DNA of 64,000 nt from the human T2T-CHM13v2.0 reference genome, Homo sapiens. The notes under the pieces are model-generated. The model did not search any database. It saw nothing but the letters and a program-made list of their open reading frames with translations, and was not told the DNA's origin. The stretch's first letter is position 1, and each line of letters starts with the position of its first letter. The stretch is from the NCBI RefSeq assembly GCF_009914755.1, contig NC_060932.1. One strand, 5' to 3'. Positions 51,901 to 64,000 of the stretch are shown here, piece by piece. Position numbers and translations under genes: made by a program.

Positions 51901-54900
51901 CAACTAACAGTGTTGATCCATTCTTTTGATACAGCAGTTTTGAACCACACTTTTTGTAGAATCTGCAAGTGGATATTTGGATAGCTGTGAGGATTTCGTT
52001 GGAAACGGGAATGTCTTCATAGAAAATTTAGACAGAAGCATTCTCAGAACCTTGATTGTGATGTGTGTTCTCCACTAACAGAGTTGAACCTTTCTTTTGA
52101 CAGAACTGTTCTGAAACATTCTTTTTATAGAATCTGGAAGTGGATATTTGGAAAGCTTTGAGGATTTCGTTGGAAACGGGAATATCTTCAAATCAAATCT
52201 AGCCAGAAGCATTCTAAGAAACAGCTTAGGGATGTTTACATTCAAGTCACAGAGTTGAACATTCCCTTTCACAGAGCAGGTTTGAAACAATCTTCTCGTA
52301 CTATCTGGCAGTGGACATTTTGAGCTCTTTGGGGCCTATGCTGAAAAAGGAAATATCTTCCGACAAAAACTAGACAGAAGCATTCGCAGAATCACGTTTG
52401 TGATGTGTGCACTCAACTGTCAGAATTGAACCTTGGTTTGGACAGAGCACTTTTGAAACACTCTTTTTGTAGAATCTGCAGGTGGATATTTGGCTAGCTT
52501 TGAGGATTTCGTTGGAAACGGTAATGTCTTCAAAGAAAATCTAGACAGAAGCATTCTCAGAAACAACTTCGTGATGTTTGCAATCAAGTCACAGAGTTGA
52601 ACCTTCCGTTTCATAGAGCAGGTTGGAAACACACTTTTTGTAGTATCTGGAAGTGGACATTTGGAGGGCTTTGTAGCCTATCTGGAAAAAGGAAATATCT
52701 TCCCATGAATGCGAGATAGAAGTAATCTCAGAAACATGTTTATGCTGTATCTACTCAACTAACTGTGCTGAACATTTCTATTGATAGAGCAGTTTTGAGA
52801 CACTCTTCTTTTGGAATCTGCAAGTGGATATTTGGATAGATTTGAGGATTTCGTTGGAAACGGGATTATATATAAAAAGTAGACAGCAGCATTCTCAGAA
52901 ACTTCTTTGTGATGTTTGCATCCAGCTCTCAGAGTTGAACATTCCCTTTCATAGAGTAGGTTTGAAACCCTCTTTTTATAGTGTCTGGAAGCGGGCATTT
53001 GGAGCGCTTTCAGGCCTATGCTTAAAATAGGAAATATCTACCTACAGAAACTAGACAGAAGCATTCTGAGAATCACGTTTGTGATGTGGGTACTCAACTA
53101 ACAGTGTTGATCCATTCTTTTGATACAGCAGTTTTGAACCACACTTTTTGTAGAATCTGCAAGAGGATATTTGGATAGCTGTGAGGATTTCGTTGGAAAC
53201 GGGAATGTCTTCAAAGAAAATCTAGACAGAAGCATTCTCAGAAACACCTTCGTGATGTTTGCAATCAAGTCACAGAGTTGAACCTTCCGTTTCATAGAGC
53301 AGGTTGGAAACACTCTTATTGTAGTATCTGGAAGTGGACATTTGGAGCGCTTTCAGGCCTATGGTGAAAAAGGAAATATCTTCCCATCAAAACGACATAG
53401 AAGCTATCTCAGGAACTTGTTTATGATGCATCTAATCAACTAACAGTGTTGAACCTTTGTACTGACAGAGCAGTTTGAAACACTCTTTTTTTGGAATCTG
53501 CAAGTGGATATTTGGATCGCTTTGAGGATTTCGTTGGAAACGGGATGCAATATAAAACGTACACAGCAGCATACTCAGAAAATACTTTGCCATATTTCCA
53601 TTCAAGTCACAGAGTGGAACATTCCCATTCATAGAGCAGGTTGGAAACACTCTTTTTGGAGTATCTGGAAGTGGACATTTGGAGCGCTTTCTGAACTATG
53701 GTGAAAAAGGAAATATCTTCCAATGAAAACAAGACAGAAGCATTCTGAGAAACTTATTTGTGATGTGTGTCCTCAACAAACGGACTTGAACCTTTCGTTT
53801 CATGCAGTACTTCTGGAACACTCTTTTTGAAGATTCTGCATGCGGATATTTGGATAGCTTTGAGGATTTCGTTGGAAACGGGCTTACATGTAAAAATTAG
53901 ACAGCAGCATTCTCAGAAACTTCTTTGTGGTGTCTGCATTCAAGTCACAGAATTGAACTTCCCCTCACATAGAGCAGTTGTGCAGCACTCTATTTGTAGT
54001 ATCTGGAAGTGGACATTTGGAGGGCTTTGTAGCCTATCTGGAAAAAGGAAATATCTTCCCATGAATGCGAGATAGAAGTAATCTCAGAAACATGTTTATG
54101 CTGTATCTACTCAACTAACTGTGCTGAACATTTCTATTGATAGAGCAGTTTTGAGACCCTCTTCTTTTGGAATCTGCAAGTGGATATTTGGATAGATTTG
54201 AGGATTTCGTTGGAAACGGGATTATATATAAAAAGTAGACAGCAGCATTCTCAGAAACTTCTTTGTGATGTTTGCATCCAGCTCTCAGAGTTGAACATTC
54301 CCTTTCATAGAGTAGGTTTGAAACCCTCTTTTTATAGTGTCTGGAAGCGGGCATTTGGAGCGCTTTCAGGCCTATGCTGAAAAAGGAGATATCTACCTAT
54401 AGAAACTAGACAGAAGCATTCTGAGAATCACGTTTGTGATGTGGGTACTCAACTAACAGTGTTGATCCATTCTTTTGATACAGCAGTTTTGAACCACACT
54501 TTTTGTAGAATCTGCAAGTGGATATTTGGATAGCTGTGAGGATTTCGTTGGAAACGGGAATGTCTTCATAGAAAATTTAGACAGAAGCATTCTCAGAACC
54601 TTGATTGTGATGTGTGTTCTCCACTAACAGAGTTGAACCTTTCTTTTGACAGAACTGTTCTGAAACATTCTTTTTATAGAATCTGGAAGTGGATATTTGG
54701 AAAGCTTTGAGGATTTCGTTGGAAACGGGAATATCTTCAAATCAAATCTAGCCAGAAGCATTCTAAGAAACAGCTTAGGGATGTTTACATTCAAGTCACA
54801 GAGTTGAACATTCCCTTTCACAGAGCAGGTTTGAAACAATCTTCTCGTACTATCTGGCAGTGGACATTTTGAGCTCTTTGGGGCCTATGCTGAAAAAGGA

Positions 54901-57145
54901 AATATCTTCCGACAAAAACTAGACAGAAGCATTCGCAGAATCACGTTTGTGATGTGTGCACTCAACTGTCAGAATTGAACCTTGGTTTGGAGAGAGCACT
55001 TTTGAAACACTCTTTTTGTAGAATCTGCAGGTGGATATTTGGCTAGCTTTGAGGATTTCGTTGGAAACGGTAATGTCTTCAAAGAAAATCTAGACAGAAG
55101 CATTCTCAGAAACACCTTCGTGATGTTTGCAATCAAGTCACAGAGTTGAACCTTCCGTTTCATAGAGCAGGTTGGAAACACACTTTTTGTAGTATCTGGA
55201 AGTGGACATTTGGAGGGCTTTGTAGCCTATCTGGAAAAAGGAAATATCTTCCCATGAATGCGAGATAGAAGTAATCTCAGAAACATGTTTATGCTGTATC
55301 TACTCAACTAACTGTGCTGAACATTTCTATTGATAGAGCAGTTTTGAGACACTCTTCTTTTGGAATCTGCAAGTGGATATTTGGATAGATTTGAGGATTT
55401 CGTTGGAAACGGGATTATATATAAAAAGTAGACAGCAGCATTCTCAGAAACTTCTTTGTGATGTTTGCATCTAGCTCCCAGAGTTGAACATTCCCTTTCA
55501 TAGAGTAGTTTTGAAACCCTCTTTTTATAGTGTCTGGAAGCGGGCATTTGGAGCGCTTTCAGGCCTATGCTGAAAAAGGAAATATCTACCTATAGAAACT
55601 AGACAGAAGCATTCTGAGAATCACGTTTGTGATGTGGGTACTCAACTAACAGTGTTGATCCATTCTTTTGATACAGCAGTTTTGAACCACACTTTTTGTA
55701 GAATCTGCAAGTGGATATTTGGATAGCTGTGAGGATTTCGTTGGAAACGGGAATGTCTTCATAGAAAATTTAGACAGAAGCATTCTCAGAACCTTGATTG
55801 TGATGTGTGTTCTCCACTAACAGAGTTGAACCTTTCTTTTGACAGAACTGTTCTGAAACATTCTTTTTATAGAATCTGGAAGTGGATATTTGGAAAGCTT
55901 TGAGGATTTCGTTGGAAACGGGAATATCTTCAAATCAAATCTAGCCAGAAGCATTCTAAGAAACAGCTTAGGGATGTTTACATTCAAGTCACAGAGTTGA
56001 ACATTCCCTTTCACAGAGCAGGTTTGAAACAATCTTCTCGTACTATCTGGCAGTGGACATTTTGAGCTCCTTGGGGCCTATGCTGAAAAAGGAAATATCT
56101 TCCGACAAAAACTAGACAGAAGCATTCGCAGAATCACGTTTGTGATGTGTGCACTCAACTGTCAGAATTGAACCTTGGTTTGGAGAGAGCACTTTTGAAA
56201 CACTCTTTTTGTAGAATCTGCAGGTGGATATTTGGCTAGCTTTGAGGATTTCGTTGGAAACGGTAATGTCTTCAAAGAAAATCTAGACAGAAGCATTCTC
56301 AGAAACACCTTCGTGATGTTTGCAATCAAGTCACAGAGTTGAACCTTCCGTTTCATAGAGCAGGTTGGAAACACTCTTTTTGTAGTATCTGGAAGTGGAC
56401 ATTTGGAGGGCTTTGTAGCCTATCTGGAAAAAGGAAATATCTTCCCATGAATGCGAGATAGAAGTAATCTCAGAAACATGTTTATGCTGTATCTACTCAA
56501 CTAACTGTGCTGAACATTTCTATTGATAGAGCAGTTTTGAGACACTCTTCTTTTGGAATCTGCAAGTGGATATTTGGATAGATTTGAGGATTTCGTTGGA
56601 AACGGGATTATATATAAAAAGTAGACAGCAGCATTCTCAGAAACTTCTTTGTGATGTTTGCATCCAGCTCTCAGAGTTGAACATTCCCTTTCATAGAGTA
56701 GGTTTGAAACCCTCTTTTTATAGTGTCTGGAAGCGGGCATTTGGAGCGCTTTCAGGCCTATGCTTAAAATAGGAAATATCTACCTACAGAAACTAGACAG
56801 AAGCATTCTGAGAATCACGTTTGTGATGTGGGTACTCAACTAACAGTGTTGATCCATTCTTTTGATACAGCAGTTTTGAACCACACTTTTTGTAGAATCT
56901 GCAAGAGGATATTTGGATAGCTGTGAGGATTTCGTTGGAAACGGGAATGTCTTCAAAGAAAATCTAGACAGAAGCATTCTCAGAAACACCTTCGTGATGT
57001 TTGCAATCAAGTCACAGAGTTGAACCTTCCGTTTCATAGAGCAGGTTGGAAACACTCTTATTGTAGTATCTGGAAGTGGACATTTGGAGCGCTTTCAGGC
57101 CTATGGTGAAAAAGGAAATATCTTCCCATAAAAACGACATAGAAG
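45920..57145 (+). repeat. Three tandem 22-mer HORs, 3742 bp each
   Basis: Marker ORF at 46283, 50025, 53767, 57509. Confidence 0.95.
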
Positions 57146-60100
57146 CTATCTCAGGAACTTGTTTATGATGCATCTAATCAACCAACAGTGTTGAACCTTT
57201 GTACTGACAGAGCACTTTGAAACACTCTTTTTTTGGAATCTGCAAGTGGATATTTGGATCGCTTTGAGGATTTCGTTGGAAACGGGATGCAATATAAAAC
57301 GTACACAGCAGCATACTCAGAAAATACTTTGCCATATTTCCATTCAAGTCACAGAGTGGAACATTCCCATTCATAGAGCAGGTTGGAAACACTCTTTTTG
57401 GAGTATCTGGAAGTGGACATTTGGAGCGCTTTCTGAACTATGGTGAAAAAGGAAATATCTTCCAATGAAAACAAGAGAGAAGCATTCTGAGAAACTTATT
57501 TGTGATGTGTGTCCTCAACAAACGGACTTGAACCTTTCGTTTCATGCAGTACTTCTGGAACACTCTTTTTGAAGATTCTGCATGCGGATATTTGGATAGC
57601 TTTGAGGATTTCGTTGGAAACGGGCTTACATGTAAAAATTAGACAGCAGCATTCTCAGAAACTTCTTTGTGGTGTCTGCATTCAAGTCACAGAATTGAAC
57701 TTCCCCTCACATAGAGCAGTTGTGCAGCACTCTATTTGTAGTATCTGGAAGTGGACATTTGGAGGGCTTTGTAGCCTATCTGGAAAAAGGAAATATCTTC
57801 CCATGAATGCGAGATAGAAGTAATCTCAGAAACATGTTTATGCTGTATCTACTCAACTAACTGTGCTGAACATTTCTATTGATAGAGCAGTTTTGAGACA
57901 CTCTTCTTTTGGAATCTGCAAGTGGATATTTGGATAGATTTGAGGATTTCGTTGGAAACGGGATTATATATAAAAAGTAGACAGCAGCATTCTCAGAAAC
58001 TTCTTTGTGATGTTTGCATATAGCTCTCAGAGTTGAACACTCCCTTTCATAGAGTAGGTTTGAAACCCTCTTTTTATAGTGTCTGGAAGCGGGCATTTTG
58101 AGCGCTTTCAGGCCTATGCTTAAAATAGGAAATATCTACCTATAGAAACTAGACAGAAGCATTCTGAGAATCACGTTTGTGATGTGGGTACTCAACTAAC
58201 AGTGTTGATCCATTCTTTTGATACAGCAGTTTTGAACCACACTTTTTGTAGAATCTGCAAGAGGATATTTGGATAGCTGTGAGGATTTCGTTGGAAACGG
58301 GAATGTCTTCAAAGAAAATCTAGACAGAAGCATTCTCAGAAACACCTTCGTGATGTTTGCAATCAAGTCACAGAGTTGAACCTTCCGTTTCATACAGCAG
58401 GTTGGAAACACTCTTATTGTAGTATCTGGAAGGGGACATTTGGAGCGCTTTCAGGCCTATGGTGAAAAAGGAAATATCTTCCCATAAAAACGACATAGAA
58501 GCTGTCTCAGGAACTTGTTTATGATGCATCTAATCAACTAACAGTGTTGAACCTTTGTACTGACAGAGCAGTTTGAAACACTCTTTTTTTGGAATCTGCA
58601 AGTGGATATTTGGATCGCTTTGAGGATTTCGTTGGAAACGGGATGCAATATAAAACGTACACAGCAGCATACTCAGAAAATACTTTGCCATATTTCCATT
58701 CAAGTCACAGAGTGGAACATTCGCATTCATAGAGCAGGTTTGAAACACTCTTTTTGGAGTATCTGGAAGTGGACATTTGGAGCGCTTTCTGAACTATGGT
58801 GAAAAAGGAAATATCTTCCAATGAAAACAAGACAGAAGCATTCTGAGAAACTTATTTGTGATGTGTGTCCTCAACAAACGGACTTGAACCTTTCGTTTCA
58901 TGCAGTACTTCTGGAACACTCTTTTTGAAGATTCTGCATGCGGATATTTGGATAGCTTTGAGGATTTCGTTGGAAACGGGCTTACATGTAAAAATTAGAC
59001 AGCAGCATTCTCAGAAACTTCTTTGTGGTGTCTGCATTCAAGTCACAGAATTGAACTTCCCCTCACATAGAGCAGTTGTGCAGCACTCTATTTGTAGTAT
59101 CTGGAAGTGGACATTTGGAGGGCTTTGTAGCCTATCTGGAAAAAGGAAATATCTTCCCATGAATGCGAGATAGAAGTAATCTGAGAAACATGTTTATGCT
59201 GTATCTACTCAACTAACTGTTCTGAACATTTCTATTGATAGAGCAGTTTTGAGACACTCTTCTTTTGGAATCTGCAAGTGGATATTTGGATAGATTTGAG
59301 GATTTCGTTGGAAACGGGATTATATATAAAAAGTAGACAGCAGCATTCTCAGAAACTTCTTTGTGATGTTTGCATCCAGCTCTCAGAGTTGAACATTCCC
59401 TTTCATAGAGTAGGTTTGAAACCCTCTTTTTATAGTGTCTGGAAGCGGGCATTTGGAGCGCTTTCAGGCCTATGCTTAAAATAGGAAATATCTACCTACA
59501 GAAACTAGACAGAAGCATTCTGAGAATCACGTTTGTGATGTGGGTACTCAACTAACAGTGTTGATCCATTCTTTTGATAAAGCAGTTTTGAACCACACTT
59601 TTTGTAGAATCTGCAAGAGGATATTTGGATAGCTGTGAGGATTTCGTTGGAAACGGGAATGTCTTCAAAGAAAATCTAGACAGAAGCATTCTCAGAAACA
59701 CCTTCGTGATGTTTGCAATCAAGTCACAGAGTTGAACCTTCCGTTTCATAGAGCAGGTTGGAAACACTCTTATTGTAGTATCTGGAAGTGGACATTTGGA
59801 GCGCTTTCAGGCCTATGGTGAAAAAGGAAATATCTTCCCATAAAAACGACATAGAAGCTATCTCAGGAACTTGTTTATGATGCATCTAATCAACTAACAG
59901 TGTTGAACCTTTGTACTGACAGAGCAGTTTGAAACACTCTTTTTTTGGAATCTGCAAGTGGATATTTGGATCACTTTGAGGATTTCGTTGGAAACGGGAT
60001 GCAATATAAAACGTACACAGCAGCATACTCAGAAAATACTTTGCCATGTTTCCATTCAAGTCACAGAGTGGAACATTCCCATTCATAGAGCAGGTTGGAA

Positions 60101-61213
60101 ACACTCTTTTTGGAGTATCTGGAAGTGGACATTTGGAGCGCTTTCTGAACTATGGTGAAAAAGGAAATATCTTCCAATGAAAACAAGACAGAAGCATTCT
60201 GAGAAACTTATTTGTGATGTGTGTCCTCAACAAACGGACTTGAACCTTTCGTTTCATGCAGTACTTCTGGAACACTCTTTTTGAAGATTCTGCATGCGGA
60301 TATTTGGATAGCTTTGAGGATTTCGTTGGAAACGGGCTTACATGTAAAAATTAGACAGCAGCATTCTCAGAAACTTCTTTGTGGTGTCTGCATTCAAGTC
60401 ACAGAATTGAACTTCCCCTCACATAGAGCAGTTGTGCAGCACTCTATTTGTAGTATCTGGAAGTGGACATTTGGAGGGCTTTGTAGCCTATCTGGAAAAA
60501 GGAAATATCTTCCCATGAATGCGAGATAGAAGTAATCTCAGAAACATGTTTATGCTGTATCTACTCAACTAACTGTGCTGAACATTTCTATTGATAGAGC
60601 AGTTTTGAGACACTCTTCTTTTGGAATCTGCAAGTGGATATTTGGATAGATTTGAGGATTTCGTTGGAAACGGGATTATATATAAAAAGTAGACAGCAGC
60701 ATTCTCAGAAACTTCTTTGTGATGTTTGCATCCAGCTCTCAGAGTTGAACATTCCCTTTCATAGAGTAGGTTTGAAACCCTCTTTTTATAGTGTCTGGAA
60801 GCGGGCATTTGGAGCGCTTTCAGGCCTATGCTTAAAATAGGAAATATCTACCTACAGAAACTAGACAGAAGCATTCTGAGAATCACGTTTGTGATGTGGG
60901 TACTCAACTAACAGTGTTGATCCATTCTTTTGATACAGCAGTTTTGAACCACACTTTTTGTAGAATCTGCAAGAGGATATTTGGATAGCTGTGAGGATTT
61001 CGTTGGAAACGGTAATGTCTTCAAAGAAAATCTAGACAGAAGCATTCTCAGAAACACCTTCGTGATGTTTGCAATCAAGTCACAGAGTTGAACCTTCCGT
61101 TTCATAGAGCAGGTTGGAAACACTCTTATTGTAGTATCTGGAAGTGGACATTTGGAGCGCTTTCAGGCCTATGGTGAAAAAGGAAATATCTTCCCATAAA
61201 AACGACATAGAAG
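57146..61213 (+). repeat. Three tandem 8-mer HORs, 1356 bp each
   Basis: Marker ORF at 57509, 58865, 60221, 61577. Confidence 0.95.
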
Positions 61214-64000
61214 CTATCTCAGGAACTTGTTTATGATGCATCTAATCAACTAACAGTGTTGAACCTTTGTACTGACAGAGCACTTTGAAACACTCTTTTT
61301 TTGGAATCTGCAAGTGGATATTTGGATCGCTTTGAGGATTTCGTTGGAAACGGGATGCAATATAAAACGTACACAGCAGCATACTCAGAAAATACTTTGC
61401 CATATTTCCATTCAAGTCACAGAGTGGAACATTCCCATTCATAGAGCAGGTTGGAAACACTCTTTTTGGAGTATCTGGAAGTGGACATTTGGAGCGCTTT
61501 CTGAACTATGGTGAAAAAGGAAATATCTTCCAATGAAAACAAGACAGAAGCATTCTGAGAAACTTATTTGTGATGTGTGTCCTCAACAAACGGACTTGAA
61601 CCTTTCGTTTCATGCAGTACTTCTGGAACACTCTTTTTGAAGATTCTGCATGCGGATATTTGGATAGCTTTGAGGATTTCGTTGGAAACGGGCTTACATG
61701 TAAAAATTAGACAGCAGCATTCTCAGAAACTTCTTTGTGGTGTCTGCATTCAAGTCACAGAATTGAACTTCCCCTCACATAGAGCAGTTGTGCAGCACTC
61801 TATTTGTAGTATCTGGAAGTGGACATTTGGAGGGCTTTGTAGCCTATCTGGAAAAAGGAAATATCTTCCCATGAATGCGAGATAGAAGTAATCTCAGAAA
61901 CATGTTTATGCTGTATCTACTCAACTAACTGTGCTGAACATTTCTATTGATAGAGCAGTTTTGAGACACTCTTCTTTTGGAATCTGCAAGTGGATATTTG
62001 GATAGATTTGAGGATTTCGTTGGAAACGGGATTATATATAAAAAGTAGACAGCAGCATTCTCAGAAACTTCTTTGTGATGTTTGCATCCAGCTCTCAGAG
62101 TTGAACATTCCCTTTCATAGAGTAGGTTTGAAACCCTCTTTTTATAGTGTCTGGAAGCGGGCATTTGGAGCGCTTTCAGGCCTATGCTGAAAAAGGAAAT
62201 ATCTACATATAGAAACTAGACAGAAGCATTCTGAGAATCAAGTTTGTGATGTGGGTACTCAACTAACAGTGTTGATCCATTCTTTTGATACAGCAGTTTT
62301 GAACCACACTTTTTGTAGAATCTGCAAGTGGATATTTGGATAGCTGTGAGGATTTCGTTGGAAACGGGAATGTCTTCATAGAAAATTTAGACAGAAGCAT
62401 TCTCAGAACCTTGATTGTGATGTGTGTTCTCCACTAACAGAGTTGAACCTTTCTTTTGACAGAACTGTTCTGAAACATTCTTTTTATAGAATCTGGAAGT
62501 GGATATTTGGAAAGCTTTGAGGATTTCGTTGGAAACGGGAATATCTTCAAATAAAATCTAGCCAGAAGCATTCTAAGAAACATCTTAGGGATGTTTACAT
62601 TCAAGTCACAGAGTTGAACATTCCCTTTCACAGAGCAGGTTTGAAACAATCTTCTCGTACTATCTGGCAGTGGACATTTTGAGCTCTTTGGGGCCTATGC
62701 TGAAAAAGGAAATATCTTCCGACAAAAACTAGTCAGAAGCATTCGCAGAATCACGTTTGTGATGTGTGCACTCAACTGTCAGAATTGAACCTTGGTTTGG
62801 AGAGAGCACTTTTGAAACACACTTTTTGTAGAATCTGCAGGTGGATATTTGGCTAGCTTTGAGGATTTCGTTGGAAACGGTAATGTCTTCAAAGAAAATC
62901 TAGACAGAAGCATTCTCAGAAACACCTTCGTGATGTTTGCAATCAAGTCACAGAGTTGAACCTTCCGTTTCATAGAGCAGGTTGGAAACACACTTTTTGT
63001 AGTATCTGGAAGTGGACATTTGGAGGGCTTTGTAGCCTATCTGGAAAAAGGAAATATCTTCCCATGAATGCGAGATAGATGTAATCTCAGAAACATGTTT
63101 ATGCTGTATCTACTCAACTAACTGTGCTGAACATTTCTATTGATAGAGCAGTTTTGAGACCCTCTTCTTTTGGAATCTGCAAGTGGATATTTGGATAGAT
63201 TTGAGGATTTCGTTGGAAACGGGATTATATATAAAAAGTAGACAGCAGCATTCTCAGAAACTTCTTTGTGATGTTTGCATCCAGCTCTCAGAGTTGAACA
63301 TTCCCTTTCATAGAGTAGGTTTGAAACCCTCTTTTTATAGTGTCTGGAAGCGGGCATTTGGAGCGCTTTCAGGCCTATGCTGAAAAAGGAAATATCTACC
63401 TATAGAAACTAGACAGAAGCATTCTGAGAATCACGTTTGTGATGTGGGTACTCAACTAACAGTGTTGATCCATTCTTTTGATACAGCAGTTTTGAACCAC
63501 ACTTTTTGTAGAATCTGCAAGTGGATATTTGGATAGCTGTGAGGATTTCGTTGGAAACGGGAATGTCTTCATAGAAAATTTAGACAGAAGCATTCTCAGA
63601 ACCTTCATTGTGATGTGTGTTCTCCACTAACAGAGTTGAACCTTTCTTTTGACAGAACTGTTCTGAAACATTCTTTTTATAGAATCTGGAAGTGGATATT
63701 TGGAAAGCTTTGAGGATTTCGTTGGAAACGGGAATATCTTCAAATCAAATCTAGCCAGAAGCATTCTAAGAAACAGCTTAGGGATGTTTACATTCAAGTC
63801 ACAGAGTTGAACATTCCCTTTCACAGAGCAGGTTTGAAACAATCTTCTCGTACTATCTGGCAGTGGACATTTTGAGCTCCTTGGGGCCTATGCTGAAAAA
63901 GGAAATATCTTCCGACAAAAACTAGACAGAAGCATTCGCAGAATCACGTTTGTGATGTGTGCACTCAACTGTCAGAATTGAACCTTGGTTTGGACAGAGC
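61214..64000 (+). repeat. Partial HOR (head + 7-mer + incomplete 7-mer), truncated by the window end; probably an 18-mer
   Basis: Shares TACATATAGA, AATCAAGT, ACTAGTCAGAAG and GATAGATGTA variants with the 18-mer at 24668-27728. Confidence 0.8.

Larger units (their letters stand above)
1..64000 (+). repeat. Centromeric alpha-satellite HOR array (dimeric SF2 type), continuous and in a single orientation
   Basis: Tandem ~171-bp monomers starting CATTCTCAGAAA-like at 21,187,358,525,696,863,1034,1205,1376,1547,1718,1889 and onward. CENP-B boxes (TTTCGTTGGAAACGGGA) alternate with pJalpha-type motifs (CTATGGTGAAAAAGGAA). HOR copies differ by scattered SNVs only. Confidence 0.99.
1..64000 (+). other. 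D8Z2: Probable identity: human chromosome 8 active centromeric array D8Z2 (S2C8H1L), mixed-HOR region
   Basis: Measured units of 1868 bp (11-mer), 2549 bp (15-mer) and 1356 bp (8-mer), plus 1193-bp (7-mer) and 681-bp (4-mer) modules, match the recalled D8Z2 size classes (~1.9, ~2.5, ~1.35 kb; 4/7/8/11-mer mixture). No alignment was run. D13Z1/D21Z1 is the main alternative. Confidence 0.82.

Noticed and set aside
49-63842. Hundreds of 64-102 aa ORFs on both strands (e.g. MSSTNGLEPF..., MPASRHYKK..., MDIWI...)
   Set aside because: They recur with HOR periodicity, many start at GTG/TTG, they show no recognisable domain, and they gain or lose stops freely between copies. They are chance frames in satellite DNA and were used only as positional markers.
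1-64000. Assignment to D13Z1/D21Z1 (also an SF2 11-mer with shorter variants) or D18Z1
   Set aside because: The combination of 1868, 2549 and 1356-bp units fits D8Z2 better, and no 12-mer unit is seen. Not formally excluded without alignment.
1-64000. Embedded L1/Alu insertion, inversion or non-satellite island
   Set aside because: All unit lengths are accounted for by module sums to within 1 bp, all boxes read on the + strand, and there is no poly-A tail or foreign sequence.
33339-64000. Large duplications as pure assembly artefacts
   Set aside because: The copies differ by several private SNVs and show mosaic sharing, which argues for real duplications. Read-level confirmation is still needed.

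Overview
The whole 64 kb window is one uninterrupted, single-orientation primate centromeric alpha-satellite array of about 376 monomers (166-172 bp each). It has no genes, mobile elements or inversions, and the ORF track only reflects the repeat. The monomers alternate between CENP-B-box (B-type) and pJalpha (A-type) classes, as in the dimeric suprachromosomal family 2. Eleven monomer types (my labels m1-m11) make a 1868-bp base higher-order repeat (HOR), but that canonical 11-mer occurs only once. The other units are built from three modules: a 675-bp head (m1-4), a 1193-bp 7-mer (m5-11) and a 681-bp 4-mer. Measured m1 to m1, the unit order is 18,15,22,22,22,22,8,8,8,18,11,22,22,22,22,8,22,22,22,8,8,8,(partial). 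The 1868/2549/1356-bp sizes and the 4/7/8/11-mer mixture best fit human chromosome 8 D8Z2 (S2C8H1L); this is recalled, not searched. I see no new gene system. The points of interest are structural: a dominant 3742-bp 22-mer super-HOR with position-specific variants, two hybrid-monomer junctions, a deletion that restores a regular ~340-bp CENP-B box spacing, nested 7.5/12.6/24.6/36.5-kb duplications, and individual box-inactivating mutations.
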